A DNA stretch of 63,645 nt, filler included, from Olpidium bornovanus S191 (GCA_017911155.1; 29 parts of 29 records of this genome joined end to end with filler, not necessarily neighbours in it); one strand, 5' to 3'. Positions 12,352 to 25,438 are shown, counted from the first letter of the whole stretch. The notes: a model not told the origin generated them from the letters alone. A program made the numbers and translations.

Positions 12352-13699
12352 AAAGAAACGAAAAGAACGAAAAAGGAACGAAAAGAGAACAAGGAGTCGG
12401 ATAAATGATAAAGAATGGAAAGGAGAAGGCCTTTTAAGGCCGTGGAAGAATGTGACCCAGACGGCCGCAACTAGGGGTTGCGAAGCGAAGTGCAGCCACT
12501 TGACCTGCCGCGCGCGGCGACACAAACCCAGCGAACGGGTTTCCTTGAAGAGCGGAGCAGGTGTATTCTTGGCAGCAAACTGGACGTTTGATGAACGGAC
12601 GTTGAGGGCGCGCCGTGGTACGATACGCGGTGCGGCGGGTTGCTGATTGTGAGGGGGAGGATGGGAGGCGGGCGAATGGGCGGCATTTCGTATTTTCCCC
12701 CCACGTGAAGTTCCCTCACCCCCCTCCCCCGGCCCCGCTGGTTCTCCTCCTCACCCAGGGCTTCGCCCGTCGCCAGCGTTTCTTGCTCGCAGCCGCCTTC
12801 CTCCTGGCTGCCGCCGCCGTCGCCTCTACCCCCCTCTTCTGGGATGTACGCTTCCGGTACCTCCGCGCCTTGGCCGTCCGGGCGCACCCCCGTCGCCCTG
12901 CGTGAACTTCGCCCTCGCCGACGTCGCCTCCAAAGCCGCCGCCGACGCCCTAAATCGTCTTTGATTGCTGCGCGCCGCTGCCCCCTTCAGGCTGGGAGCC
13001 GTTGCCGCGGCAATCAGGAACACTCGGAACGCCGTTTCCGGCCTGGCGGAGACCGGCGTACAAAACGCGTCGAACTCCGTTGTTGCTCACCCCACTCGCG
13101 TCCAGTGCTAGGCCTCGGTTCCTCTGCTCCTCGGCCTTCCGCGGCAGTAGCGACCGCTCCGGGGCGGGTTTGTTCGTTGGAGGAGTAAGGGTCGCTTGCC
13201 CTGACCCAATAATGCAACAATTTTTCCGGAACCCTTCGACTGACGGTGAGCCCTCCAGTCACGCAAACCTCCGGACAACGCTGCCGGCCCAGAGGGCGGC
13301 AGGCCCCAGATTCGTCCAGTTACCACAGCCTACTCGTGTTTCCGGTTACTGCTTTGCAGTCCATCGGCGTCCCGTGCAGAAGGGGCTCGGTTTGCGCATT
13401 GTCACGGTTTGCTCTGTGTAAATTGCTTTGAGCCGGTCGAAATCAGCCGTTTGTCAGGACGGCGTCGAGTCAGCCGCCGGGATCAGCTGAGGATTCCACG
13501 GTGCAATCCACGACCCGGGCCAGACCTGTTCGATTGTCGTGTTAGGGGGCGGTGGAATTCTGGATTTCAACTTCACACTCAGCACAGTAGGTGTACGGAT
13601 GCAAGAAGAAACATACACATTGTTAGACATACGGCTCTTCCAGTTAACGTGCGACCGAAGATTTGGCTCACTGCAATTGCACTAACCAAACGATGCCGT

Positions 13700-14780
13700 A
13701 CTTCATTGTCTCGGCTTCATCCCCGTAGACGGCGAACCCTGCCTCTACATTTTACGTGCTACCGCTCACCGATGAAATGCAGCCGCCCGTACGACGCAAG
13801 GAGGGGATACTCCTGAAATTCTGCTTCGTCCGATACCGCTGAACCTGAGTCTACAAATGATTTTGCTTCAATCCTGATTTCACTTGCAACCTGGGCGGAT
13901 GATCGTTGCCTTACTGGTCTGAAACAGCGCATTCTGTGCCACTACATCCAGGTCTGGCATGCCAAGTTTCCATTGACTTAGACTGGTGCCCTCAAGTACA
14001 TCCTCGGGGTACAAGTCCATGTTGATAAGGTATGGGGACTCTTTTTTATCTCAGTCAAGCTACATTAAACATGCCCTGGAACGTTTCCACCATGTCGATT
14101 GTCATCCTGAACACCTGCCATTGGGCCCAGCTGCAATTGGCGTGTTGGTCATGCACCCTGACCCTGCGCCAGCGGCAGACTGTTTCTGATGCAGCAGACT
14201 TCTTGGTTCCCTGCTGTACCTGTCTACTCGAATCCGCCCCGAAATCGCATCCGCAGTGACATACCTGTCGCGCTTTATGGCCAACCCTGCACCGGCACAC
14301 TGGGCGGCACTCAAGCGTGTGGTTCGCGATTTCCATGGACGAGACATCCATTTTCTTCTTGGGGCTGGTGTCGGATTCAAACTGTTTCTGCGACTCTGAC
14401 TGGGCCTGTGACACCACCCACAGAAAAGGCACCACCACCTATGCCCTTTGCCTGGGAAACGGCACCAAGGCTTAAAGGAGCGACCGGGACTGTGTGGTGC
14501 TCTCTAGAAAAAAGGCAGAAGTCATAGCAGCAACAAAAGCGTGCTGGGAACTCTCCAGGCTCTGTCATGGCTATGGTACTGTCGCTGGCAAACGCATTCC
14601 AATTCGCGGAAGATAGACAACCAGGGCGCCTTAACTATCGCATCTGACGCTCGTCGCATATCCAAGCAATCCAAGCACATAGAGACCTGTCATTTCTACG
14701 TTTGCAAGGCATTTCGGACGGCAAAGTTGGCCCCCGTCCTCGGTCTTGTTGGCAGACAATTTTACTGACAGCCTCAAAAG
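13700..14780 (+). mobile_element. Degenerate Ty1/copia reverse transcriptase-RNase H relic
   Basis: LGFIPVDGEPCLY (13710), WADDRCLTG (eroded YVDD, 13892), GALKYILGVQV, LGSLLYLSTRIRPEIASAVTYLSRFMANPAPAHWAALKRV, CDSDWA, DNQGA, SKHIET, LADNFT; several stops and frameshifts. Confidence 0.88.
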
Positions 14781-15027
14781 GTCTCCATAATCCTGACTTT
14801 TTCAATTTTGGTGACTCTCGCGGCATCTGCCTTTGTCCTGGTTTGCAGACGCTTTCCTCTTGCCCAGAAAAACTCTGTCACGATGGGCATCCCGTCATGN
14901 NNNNNNNNNNNNNNNNNNNNNNNNNNNNNNNNNNNNNNNNNNNTTAATTAATTAANNNNNNNNNNNNNNNNNNNNNNNNNNNNNNNNNNNNNNNNNNNNG
15001 TGTTTTTTTTTTTTTTTCCCCCCCCCT

Positions 15028-15081
<54 letters not shown>

Positions 15082-15491
15082 CTTTGCTTCGAAAGGAAAA
15101 GGAAACCGCCTTCTGCGTCCGGCAACCCCCCAAAATTTCTGCGCTTCTCCAGCCAGCCGCCATCCCCCCAGTCTCTCCTCCTGCGCCCCGCAAGGGATCC
15201 GGGAAGCTGGAGAAGCAGGTTTTCCCCGGGCAAGCGGAGATTTTGGACAGGTGCGCCGGGCTACGCCGGGTGTAACAATTAACTTACTGGAGGGAGGAGG
15301 GGCGGAAAGAGGAAGGAATTGTGCCAAGGAGGAAAGGAAGGAGGAGGGTGCAAGGTCGGAAGGAAGACAGAGGAGGCTGAGGAAGAAGTAAGAGGGAAAA
15401 GGGGAAGAAGGATGATAGGAGAAAGAGAGGAAGGAAGAAGACGGAAGAAGACGGAAGAAGACGGAAGAGGACGGAGGGGAGAGGTGGCGGC

Positions 15492-17259
15492 TCACCGGAA
15501 GAGCACGTAAGGGAAGGGCGAAGGCGAGGGCGCGTATGTCCCGGCGAGTGCCGGGGCACGGGGCACGCTGTTGTTATTGTTGTCGTACCCGAGGTCGTTG
15601 GAGTGGTGGTGATGGTAGTGATAGTGGTGGTGCAGGTGGTGCCGCCCCCCGCCGCCGCCGCCGCCGCCAGAGTTCCTGCTGCCGCCACCGCTGCCGGTAC
15701 CGCCGCCGCCGACGACGACCGGCACCACCCCGCCGCCCAAGTGGTTTCTGCCGGGCGGGTTGGCGAGGTGCAGGCCGTTGGGAGGGGAAGGCGGTGACGC
15801 CGGTGGGCCAACTGCCGACAACCGGCGTCTTCGGTCCACCGCGTCCGAGGTGTTGGAAGCCGCGGGGAAGGGGCAGGCGGGCGCCGCCGGGGCAAAGGGC
15901 GCCGACGTTGACGATGGGGGCAAGGACGGATTCCGCTCGCGCCGGGCGCGCGCCAACTCCTCGAGAAGGACCATCTTTGCGCGGTTGACTTCGCGCAGCT
16001 CGTCCTGGAGGTCGCGGTTCTCCTTGACGAGGAGCTCGTAGTGCGCGAACACCTCGCGCTGCTCCTTCTCCAGCTCGCGCCTCCTGGCCTCCCACTCCTC
16101 GCGCGCCCGGTCCACCGCCGCCAGCTGCAAATTCACCTGTGCCAGGCTCCGGTTGCGCTGGGCCAGGAGAGCGCGCAGCTCCTCCAGCCGCCGCTCGTTC
16201 TCCGCGACCTCGGCCCACGCCGCGTCCGACTCCTCGCGGGCCTCCCGCACCCGCCGCTCCAGCTCCCCGCGCCGCACGGCCGCCTCTTGCTCCTCCGCCT
16301 CCGCCTGCGCGTCCAGCCGCCGAATGTCTTCGCGCAGCCGCCCCGCCTCCCGCTCGTACCGCACAATCGCGTTCTCGTTCTCGCAAATCGTGGCCGCTCT
16401 CGACCGTAACTCCCTCACCAGGCGCTGCTTCGCCTGCTCGACTTCGCGCTTCCCCTCTTCGAGAGTCCGGAACTGCGTGCGCACCTGCGCCCGCGGGACG
16501 TCCTCCGCCCGCCGCGCCTCCCGGAACTTTGCGAGCTCCGCCTGCAGCTGCGCCGCTTCCTCGTCCGCAGCCTTTTCCGCGTCCGCGATTGCCTTTTCGA
16601 TCTCTTCACACTGACGCCGCGTCCGATTTACTTCCTCCTGTAGCTGCCGTATCTCCTTTACGGTTGCTGCCGGCGTCAGAGGCACGTCCTGCGGGTTCAA
16701 TTTCGTCAGATCAGGGCCTGATTTCACCTCGCCAGCGACTACAACAATTGGAGGATGCCACGAGGCCGAGAAATTCGGAAAATCAGTTGCCCAAACGGCC
16801 CGCTGATGGCACGGGACGACCATTAACGAGAAATTAAGTGGATGCCGTGACGCACCGTCTCCGACGTCGCATGCTCCAGCGTTCGCCCCCTTTAAACTCG
16901 CGGTACGCACAACCAGGTAACTGCTCGGCGTTTTCCCTACGCGCGTCCCGATCGCCCAGACGCGGATGCGATACATCTCGTCAGGGAACAGCCGTTCGAC
17001 CGCCACGCAACGTGTGGCCGCCGAGCTTTCGTGGGCCTTCTTGCCCTCGAACTCCAGGATGTGGCTCTGAACCTCGGACATCCTGAAGAAACCGCCCCTG
17101 TACGACCATCCGACCCGGACAGACGTGTCGGAGACGTGCATGAGCGAAATTACTGGTTTTGGGGGTATCGTAATGCCGCCGAAGCCGTACGCGAACATTG
17201 TAATGGCGCCCAGCGGACAGGTCGCTATTATATAACAGAGATCTGGAGTAATATAATGA
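15492..17259 (-). CDS. Fibronectin type III domain plus long coiled-coil protein
   Basis: 568-aa ORF, open further to the contig end. FN3-like PPKPVISLMHVSDTSVRVGWSY...LFPDEMYRIRVWAIGT followed by an E/R/A-rich heptad region and a Pro/Gly/His low-complexity tail. Confidence 0.7.
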
Positions 17260-17359
17260 NNNNNNNNNNNNNNNNNNNNNNNNNNNNNNNNNNNNNNNNN
17301 NNNTTAATTAATTAANNNNNNNNNNNNNNNNNNNNNNNNNNNNNNNNNNNNNNNNNNNN

Positions 17360-18248
17360 CATGATATTGTTGACAAGGAACTCAACAAGGTCGCCCGCCT
17401 TGGCGACCGTGCTGATCACAAAATCCGGTATCCGTCGGTTGCAGTTGTCGTTGCACGCTAACAACACCTGTCCCGGTCGACAACCAGTCAAGCAAAGTTG
17501 GAGCGGCGCCAGTGTAAGGGATGCTTCTGAGGCTTGGGAAGCACAGACCATTTTCCCAAGATAGCAAAATGGCTGCAAATAGCTCGTGCTCACTAGCAAC
17601 ACCTAGGATTGGTTACCTTGAACTTCAACTCTGGGTTATCCAGTGGCACCGAATACCAGGCGTCCGGCCCGCCCAGCTTTTCAATGACGGCACTGTCGGC
17701 GTACTTGAGAACAGCCGCCTTAACGTTTTCAGCGGTTTCAGCTTCCGTCGCAGCGCTGGACAGTGAGGAGCAGGGCAAGTTTTCAGAACAAACCGGGTCG
17801 CGCTGGCAGAGGACACCACGCGCGTCCAACACGGAACTGGGCCGTGCCGTTCACCCGAGCCCCTCCCCTCCCTCCCGCCCCAACCGCCCTTCCCGCACCT
17901 CGGCCACCGCTTCTCCGGCATAGGAAACGGGTCTGGCCGCTTTTCCCCGTAGATATCGTCGTCGTCCGCAAAGAGCGAAACGCCGAGGTCGTCGTCATCC
18001 AGCATGAACCTCGTCGCCTCGGTAGCGGTGTCGTCGGGCTCGTTTGCGCTGGCGGCGGCGGCAAAGCCGCGGTTGGGCGCAACAGGGAGCGGGCGACCCA
18101 GGGAACACCGCGGGACTCTCGCGGCGGGCGGCGGGACGGCGCAGTGCACAACGCGTGGCGCCAGGGCAGACCGTTTGGCGGTGGAGGAAGCACGCAGCAG
18201 CCGGACGGGCAAGGCGGCCGCAGCGCGGGCGGCAGAGGGAACAGCCAT
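17360..18248 (-). CDS. MRPL50: Mitochondrial ribosomal protein mL50-like (3' partial)
   Basis: Ala/Arg-rich presequence MAVPSAARAAAALPVRLLRASST; exons ...AWYSVPLDNPELKFK / VLLACNDNCNRRIPDFVISTVAKAGDLVEFL match the W-x-x-x-L-D-x-x-LKF...IPD...DL pattern of Ribosomal_L50. Confidence 0.68.
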
Positions 18249-19472
18249 CAGGAAAAGAGGAGGAGGACCAGAGAACGTTGATTGTTCGAGAGAGGAGTCC
18301 ACCTGGATCCCCTCCTTCCCCGGAGCGGCGGTCGGTGGTTTCAACGGGAGTGGGGGGGTGTGCAGCGGGGTGGGGAAGCCGGAGGGAGGAGGGACTTCCG
18401 GAATTTACGTTCTCGACCCTCAGCAACCGTCCGCTTCTCCCGCGTAAAACCAAAATAAAGGAACCAAATAAAACCCGAGAGCGAGAGAAACATCGCTGTC
18501 CTAAGCGGTTTTGAGCCCAACGCGGGCCAGTGTAGCCGAGAGGAAACTTGCGCGCGCTCTCCCGACCCCCGTCATCTCTTCCGTGTCTTCGGACAAGCAA
18601 CGAGCGCTTGTTCCGATGTCAACGGTGTGGAAGGAATTTTCTCAGAAAAAGTCAGCCGTTGTCCAGACTTACCGGGCCTTCCGCTCAATTGGAGATTGTG
18701 GGGACAAAACATTTGCTCACTCGTTGTCTCTCTCTCTGTCAACGACGGAAAACGAACAGGCGAAGGGAACGCCGGCGACGGTTTAAGTCTGAATAGGATC
18801 AACTATAAACGGAGTACGCAATTAATTCATTACACTAACATTGTGTATCGTATCATAGCTTCATCTGCCAGATACTGTAAAAGTATCCATATTTGTTGTG
18901 CGCCCAATTTTGGTTCGACCAGTGGGCAGTTATTACTTGTTTAGATCATGTTACAAGTATAGCATGTAAGCTAAATGCATCTTTTTAACTTTATAAGTAA
19001 ATGTCTAAGTCATGCTAAATATTTGATTATATTTACAGCACTTTTACAATGAGCTTTTGCCTCCAGTGCAATACTACGGAATGAACAAACGGGAAGTGTG
19101 GACGTGCCTAAATAAACCGATTGTAGGGTTTGACGCCGAGGTTGACGGGAAGTAAGAGTCTTTGTACGCGTCCCGGTGCCGACGGGAATTCTTCAATAGG
19201 GCTCGGAGCGAATGGGGGGGAGGGTGATGAATTCCGGCTCTCGTTCCTCCATGCCACACACGAATTTGGTTGCAGGAGGGCGGAACTCGTCAAATTGAAA
19301 TTCAGGAGTTGTTGCTAATGTCGGAGGTTCTTGACCTGGAGACTCGTGGTAGCCAACCGATCGCACATCCNNNNNNNNNNNNNNNNNNNNNNNNNNNNNN
19401 NNNNNNNNNNNNNNTTAATTAATTAANNNNNNNNNNNNNNNNNNNNNNNNNNNNNNNNNNNNNNNNNNNNCC

Positions 19473-19820
19473 ATGCCCGTGGGGTTCCCGCCGCTGTACA
19501 GCAGCACCCCCGACTTTTTCGACGAAGGGTTCGCGTCGCGCGTGTCCAGGTGCCTGCACCGGGTCCACGACGTCGTGATGTTCTTCGTCAAAGCGATCGA
19601 CACGTCGGGCCCCGCCGATTACCACTGGAAGATGTTTTCGCAGGTGGTGTCGGAAGCGCTGCGTCACATCAGGGCCTGCGTCGACAGCCGGGGCGACGTC
19701 AAACTTGCGGCCGAGCTTCTCGACCTGCGCCCCGACGGCATCCCCGTTCCCGAGTTCGAGAACTACCATATAGAAGCTTCGGACGATTACGACAAGATCT
19801 CTTCCGCGGTCTTTTTTTAA
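19473..19820 (+). CDS. Hypothetical protein, C-terminal fragment
   Basis: 115-codon ORF from the contig start with strong GC3 bias and globular-looking sequence ending ...DDYDKISSAVFF*. Confidence 0.5.
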   Translation: MPVGFPPLYSSTPDFFDEGFASRVSRCLHRVHDVVMFFVKAIDTSGPADYHWKMFSQVVSEALRHIRACVDSRGDVKLAAELLDLRPDGIPVPEFENYHIEASDDYDKISSAVFF

Positions 19821-21016
19821 GCGCGGGTTTTTTTCTTCCGCGCGCACGGCGGCCGTTTTCGCTGTCAGCCCGGCCCGTTCCCGCACTTCCATTCCAAACC
19901 GCACGGTTTGCATGAGCAAATAGATGAGTTTTTCACAGGGTTTGTTTTTCGGCACCACCCGAATATCTGTTCCCTTCCCCCCCCCCACCCCCCCCTCTTC
20001 CCACCCTCCTCCCTTCCCCCCTCGGAAAGGGGGAAGCTGAGCACTGCGCCCGCCCACCATGTTTCACCGCTGAAACGTTTTCCCCTGAACACCCTCTCCA
20101 TAAAGTAGCGTAAACTGGCAAAATAGAACAGCTCCCCGAGAGCTTTTTGAAACCCCGAAAACTTCCCCGAATCCGACAGGTTATGAGCCCAACCCGTTAA
20201 CTTAGACTATGCCTGTCGAAGCAGAAGCAAAACCGTGGAAGACGGTCGCCAACTTCCGCCGCGCAGCAGCAGGCTACGGCTGCGCGACGAAACCAGGAGC
20301 ATGCCAGGGGCACCGGACGGTAGCGTGGCGTCAAAGACCTCTCGATTCTCCCGCCCGTCGGACTCCCTCCGAGCGCTCCGGGAGCGCCACCAACAGGAAG
20401 ACGAGAAGAGACAACAGGCGGAGAGAAACTGTACCTGTGTCGATGGTTCTCGACGTTCGTCATGTAGCCAAGTACTGCAAAGGTACCAAAGGCCGGCGAT
20501 ACCACCGTTACCGATGGTACTTGGTGCCCGCGTCACGCGGGGACAAATATTCGTCAGTATCTGATTTCGGTGTCACATCACGTGCGGGGTCCCGGAGGAT
20601 TGTAAAACGTTTCTTTTTTTACAAATCAGCCGAGCCGTCCAGGCGTTTGCGAACCCGTAATTTCGCTTGCCGCGGGCGTTTTGTAAGACGAAGATAGGGT
20701 TTTGGTTCCCGATTTTCCAAACGGCGAATTTTTTTTTTTTTTCGCCTGCCGTTGTGGCCCGGCCGGNNNNNNNNNNNNNNNNNNNNNNNNNNNNNNNNNN
20801 NNNNNNNNNNTTAATTAATTAANNNNNNNNNNNNNNNNNNNNNNNNNNNNNNNNNNNNNNNNNNNNCATGAACCCCTGCACGACCGCCCGATTCAGCTCT
20901 GCGTTGCCCTTCACATCGTAACCGGGCAAATTTCTAGACCTTCAGCTTTCCCTTCCGACAGCGTCCCCAAACGCCGCACGTGCTTCGGATATGGCGAGTT
21001 TGGAAGTGCAGACGAG

Positions 21017-21925
21017 TTGTGCGGAGGTGTGTCTGGGAGGAAATATCCTTACAGTGGCCGCTGGACGAATGGGGATTCAGAGAAGCTTGCGTTCTTTGTC
21101 CGGAATTCCTTGCGGGAGACGGCTTCTCCGCGGTGGAGGGAAACTGCTGCTCACTTCCCGGGAAGGTCCATAGGTGGTGTTTCACGGAAGTTCTACGCCT
21201 TGCAACCAGGAGTCAGGTCGCAAGCTAAAGTGAAATGGTGTGAACGTGACATGCAGCTTGCAATGCTGAATGTGAGCCAGGGCGGATCGACGCAAGGGTT
21301 CATTGCAAGTCTGCCTGGACATCGTCTATTCAAAGTCAGTAAAAGTCAACCCGCTTCCACCACCATCCTCAGGCCTCAGCGACAACTGACCTATCTCACC
21401 GGCCGAACAACGGAAGGCGTTATTAGCATTCGGCGGAAACAACCAAATCATATCGGCAGATTCATGGAATAACATGAGCAACCCAAACACTATCCCTATT
21501 CTGATCCGCTTCCGAGGAGACATCATAGGAGATTGTCCACTGATGATATTGGGCTGCTGAAGCGGTTGCGACTGCTAAGCCTACAAGCCGACTGGGCCTA
21601 TATTAGCGGGGTGCTCCGGCGCACTCTCCATGCCTGCAAGATCATGGTGCGTGGCTGTTATGTAAGCAGTACGAAACGGTGAAAGATTGGGGTCTGATTG
21701 GTGGCTCAGTTTTACAAATGTTTAAGTTCGCAGGACGTCCACAGTTTCCTATACCAAATTTTGGTGAGTGTAGGAGCAATATCGGCAAGCCGGTAAAATG
21801 GTCCGAGGCAAAGGTGCAAAAGCTCTTTTCCTGCGTCACCGAAATCGAGGAACGCCCGAGCTGGTCGAATTGCTGGAGTCTGCCTGGCCGCTTAGCCACA
21901 GCGTGCCGACTAAAAGCGCGTAACA
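21017..21925 (+). pseudogene. Multi-Myb/SANT repeat protein (about 4 repeats), interrupted
   Basis: GRWTNGDSEKL...PRWRETAAHFPGRSIGGVSRKF; KWCERD...LTGRTTEGV; RLSTDDIGLLKRL...ADWAYISGVLRRTLHACK; KWSEAKVQKL...PSWSNCWSLPGRLATACRLK. An in-frame stop at 21470-21472 is present. Confidence 0.6.
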
Positions 21926-22849
21926 CGTCTCACACGACAGAAAGCGCACTTCCACGCACGTTTCTTTCTTCCTTCAATGGGAGCAAATTTGCAAGTCGTC
22001 GACTGGGAGCGGCGACGGTCGACCCCGGCGACGCTCGTTCGACGACGAACCAACACACTGGCGCACTGGAAAGGCGCACGGCTCCTAGAATCACGTAGCC
22101 CGCAGCCGACACACACGGTACATTGTGTGAGACTGGCCTTTCCCCCTGTCGCGAGACTGGCCAACGCCGAACACCCCGCAGGGCACTGCATGTCAAGCGT
22201 GGGCCCAATGCAGGACACACGCACGAGTCACGCCTGCGTAAGGCGATTACGGGGAGTGGCCGATAATCTCTCCAGTGAAAAGACCAAGTCTCAAGAGAAA
22301 AAGCGAGGTCTCAGGTAGTCTGCGAGTTGAGGCACTCAGGTTGTTATCTTCTTTTTTACACTATTTGCGCGTGGATGCGGCCTTTGAACTCTTGTTGCTC
22401 CCCCGCAAAGAGAGAGAGTGAGAGAGAGAAATAGAGAGGCCGGACCAGAGCTGGTTTTGCTGTCTTGGTTTTGGCTGGAGAAACGCGCGAACGGCAGGGA
22501 AAAACAAAAACACAGAAAGAAAAGGCACACTCGAAGACTTTCGAAAGACGGATCGATCGTAAAACAAAAGAAAAAGAACCAATTAAAAATAAAAAAAAAA
22601 AAATGAAAAAGCGCGCGGGCCAGAATTCACATTGATTAAACGCGAACGTGCCCCGTGCGGGCTTCGGAGGCCCGGGTGTGTGCCGCAGCGGGAAAAAAGT
22701 CGAAGAGGCGCAGGCGCAGAATGTCATTTTCGGAAGCGTGGCAGGGAGGNNNNNNNNNNNNNNNNNNNNNNNNNNNNNNNNNNNNNNNNNNNNTTAATTA
22801 ATTAANNNNNNNNNNNNNNNNNNNNNNNNNNNNNNNNNNNNNNNNNNNN

Positions 22850-24488
22850 CATGTAACGGAAACGAACGTGGCAGGGGACTGCCATTGTGTATTTGTGAAC
22901 CCGAGGTCTCTCACCTTCTGGTGTTACGAGTGCGGTACGAGCTCTGCTTGTATTTCAATGCTCTGCCGCAAATTGAAAAAAAAAACGATCCCGGAAGCAA
23001 GCTTTCGCTCACGCTGCTGACGTTCGTCTCATCCCGGATGGGCACCCGGACCGACCTTTCTGACAAAATCGGAATTTTTGCGTGCGGATCCGCGGCATAA
23101 CCGTCATCTCCGTACAGGCCGGGAGATCAGGGCGTTCCCGGCCGACTCTGCGACAGTGAATGGCCACGCGCACGACGGCAGCCGGGAAGGGGTGGCGCCG
23201 CGGGCAGAGTCGGAGTTTGCTACTCCCGACACGGTGGCCTATCTAGCCAAAGTGCTCAAGTGCTTCGTAAGTCGCACGAGCTGCTACAGCTGCGACGTGC
23301 ACTCGATTCGCTGCCAACCTTTGTCGGCTGACGGCGATTGACGTCCCCGTCAGCAAGGAAAGAAAGGCGCACGATTCCCGCGCGTTGTCCCCGCGCCCAC
23401 ATCATCGGCCGAGCCGGTCTTACCCGGTGAGAACTGATAGTCTTCCGGCGACGTACGAAATTTCCTGCTAACCCCCGATGCAAATGTTTTCACAGGTCTT
23501 GTTGGTCTGAGGGTGAGGGCGAAAATTCATGCTGTTGGCCGTTATTTTCATGAGAAGGCGCGGTGGAATTCTCGGGCGTGCTAAACGGAAAACCTTCGCC
23601 GCGCAGAATCTCGGGAATTCTTGTTACATGAACGCCGCGTTGCAGGCATTGTCGAGCACGTAAGAACTTCCCGCCAACTGATGAAACAGTCCGGCGTCCA
23701 GCGATGCTCGGGCTCACCAGCTCTTTATTTTTTGCCTGCATCTAGACCTGCGCTGGCCAACTATTTTCAGACGGCCGAGGCATATTTGCAAGAATGCCGG
23801 CGTCCTGTCGCCGCCACGCGATGCGCGCAAGCGTCGTCATCCCGCGGCAGGTCGCCCTGCCGTCTGGCAGACTCGCTTGGAGCGCCCCTCCGCGCTATGT
23901 GGAGTGGAAAGAAGTGAGAAGTCTTTTGTTGATCAGGCCCCGCTGACGTCCGAAACGTTCTATTTGCTGACGTGTTTCGTGCAACCCAACAGTACGACAT
24001 GTTCCCCTGGCCGGCTGTGGAACGACTTCAGGCTTTACAACGAGGCGTTCCAGGGATACGGGCAGCAGGTAACAACCGATCCATGGAGGAGCGCCACCAA
24101 CGGTCTCCTCTGGGGTCGCCTCCGCGCGTCGCGAGCGGACGCACGAAGTATTCGAGATGTTCTTGTACAATTCATGACTCTGGGTCATTCTTAGGATGCC
24201 CAAGAGTTCCTCCGGTCGCTGCTAGACAAGCTACACGAAGAGCTCCCCTATCCGAACTCGGTTGTTCCGGACGAGGACGACGAACCGCCAGAAAGCTCCA
24301 ATACGGGTTCTGGACGCAGCTCTGCATCGTCTTCGCCGGGCGCGTCGCCGTCCTCTTCTCCCAATCGGAGCAGGCAGCGGTCGTCCTCCTTGTCTAGCAA
24401 AGGTGCAAGCGGCGAGGAAACCAACGGGGACGGCAAACGAAAAAAGAGGGAAAAGAAGGGCGGCGGCGCGGCTAAAGAGATCGACATG
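22850..24488 (+). CDS. Ubiquitin C-terminal hydrolase with zf-UBP domain, USP20/33-like (both ends partial)
   Basis: zf-UBP remnant HCVFVNPRSLTFWCYEC; Cys box GLVGLR/NLGNSCYMNAALQALSS; FQGYGQQ/DAQEFLRSLLDKLHEEL. Confidence 0.85.
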
Positions 24489-24588
24489 NNNNNNNNNNNN
24501 NNNNNNNNNNNNNNNNNNNNNNNNNNNNNNNNTTAATTAATTAANNNNNNNNNNNNNNNNNNNNNNNNNNNNNNNNNNNNNNNNNNNN

Positions 24589-25346
24589 CGTCGCAATCCC
24601 TATAGAAGTGGGGGCCCCCAAAGCATTGACTACGACTATGGCCAGCGACAAGGAGAAGGAAAGAGAATGAGGCGCCAAACGATATCAAAAAGCCATCGGG
24701 TCGCTCATGTGGTTGGCCACCATAACCAGACCCGACCTGGCATTCACCATGTCTTTCCTGTCCCAATTCGTTGCATCCTTAAGAACTAAACACTGGGAAG
24801 CAGTCAAGAGAGTGCTGCTCTACATTGCGAGGACTCCACGCTACGAGATCCACTTCATAGAAGGGGAGTCAGAATTGATCGCGTTCAGCGACGCGGATTG
24901 GGCTGGGTGCTGCATGACACGAGCGTCAACAACCGGTTTAATCGCACTTTACGGCAACGGACCCATATCATGGAGATCGGCACGTCAGAAGTGTGTCGCA
25001 ACATCTACCTGTGAGGCAGAATTCGTCGCGGGTTCAGCGGCGGCACAGGACCGTCTGGCTGAGGTCCATAATCCACAGAGTCTCCTTGACGGTCAAGAGA
25101 CCAACGCCACTCATGATAGACAACACGGGGGCTGCAGAACTTGCTGAGGACAACAAGGCTTCACAAAGGTCAAAACACATAGATATCAAATACCACCACC
25201 TGAGATGGTGCATAGCAGACGGTGAAATCCAAATCCAGAAGGTCAAAATCACAGAAAATCCAGCGAACATGTTTACAAAGCCCTTGGATAAGGTCAAGTT
25301 TACCAAGTTTCGGGAAATGGTCGGGATAGGCCCGTGTGACAACTAA
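24589..25346 (+). mobile_element. Ty1/copia RT C-terminus and RNase H (frameshifted)
   Basis: YQKAIGSLMWLATITRPDLAF, FSDADWAGC, ISWRSARQKCVATSTCEAEF, frameshift near 25050, then IDNTGA, RSKHIDIKYH, NPANMFTKPL. Confidence 0.92.
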
Positions 25347-25425
25347 CCGTCCGAGATTTACAACAAGAAAGGCAAATATATACACGATAGAGGGAAATTA
25401 GGTGACCATGGGATACAGATTTCTT

Positions 25426-25438
25426 AGGAGAGGTGGGG
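25426..25438 (+). other. Polypurine tract of the copia element
   Basis: AGGAGAGGTGGGG immediately before TGTTG, 80 bp downstream of the pol stop. Confidence 0.7.
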
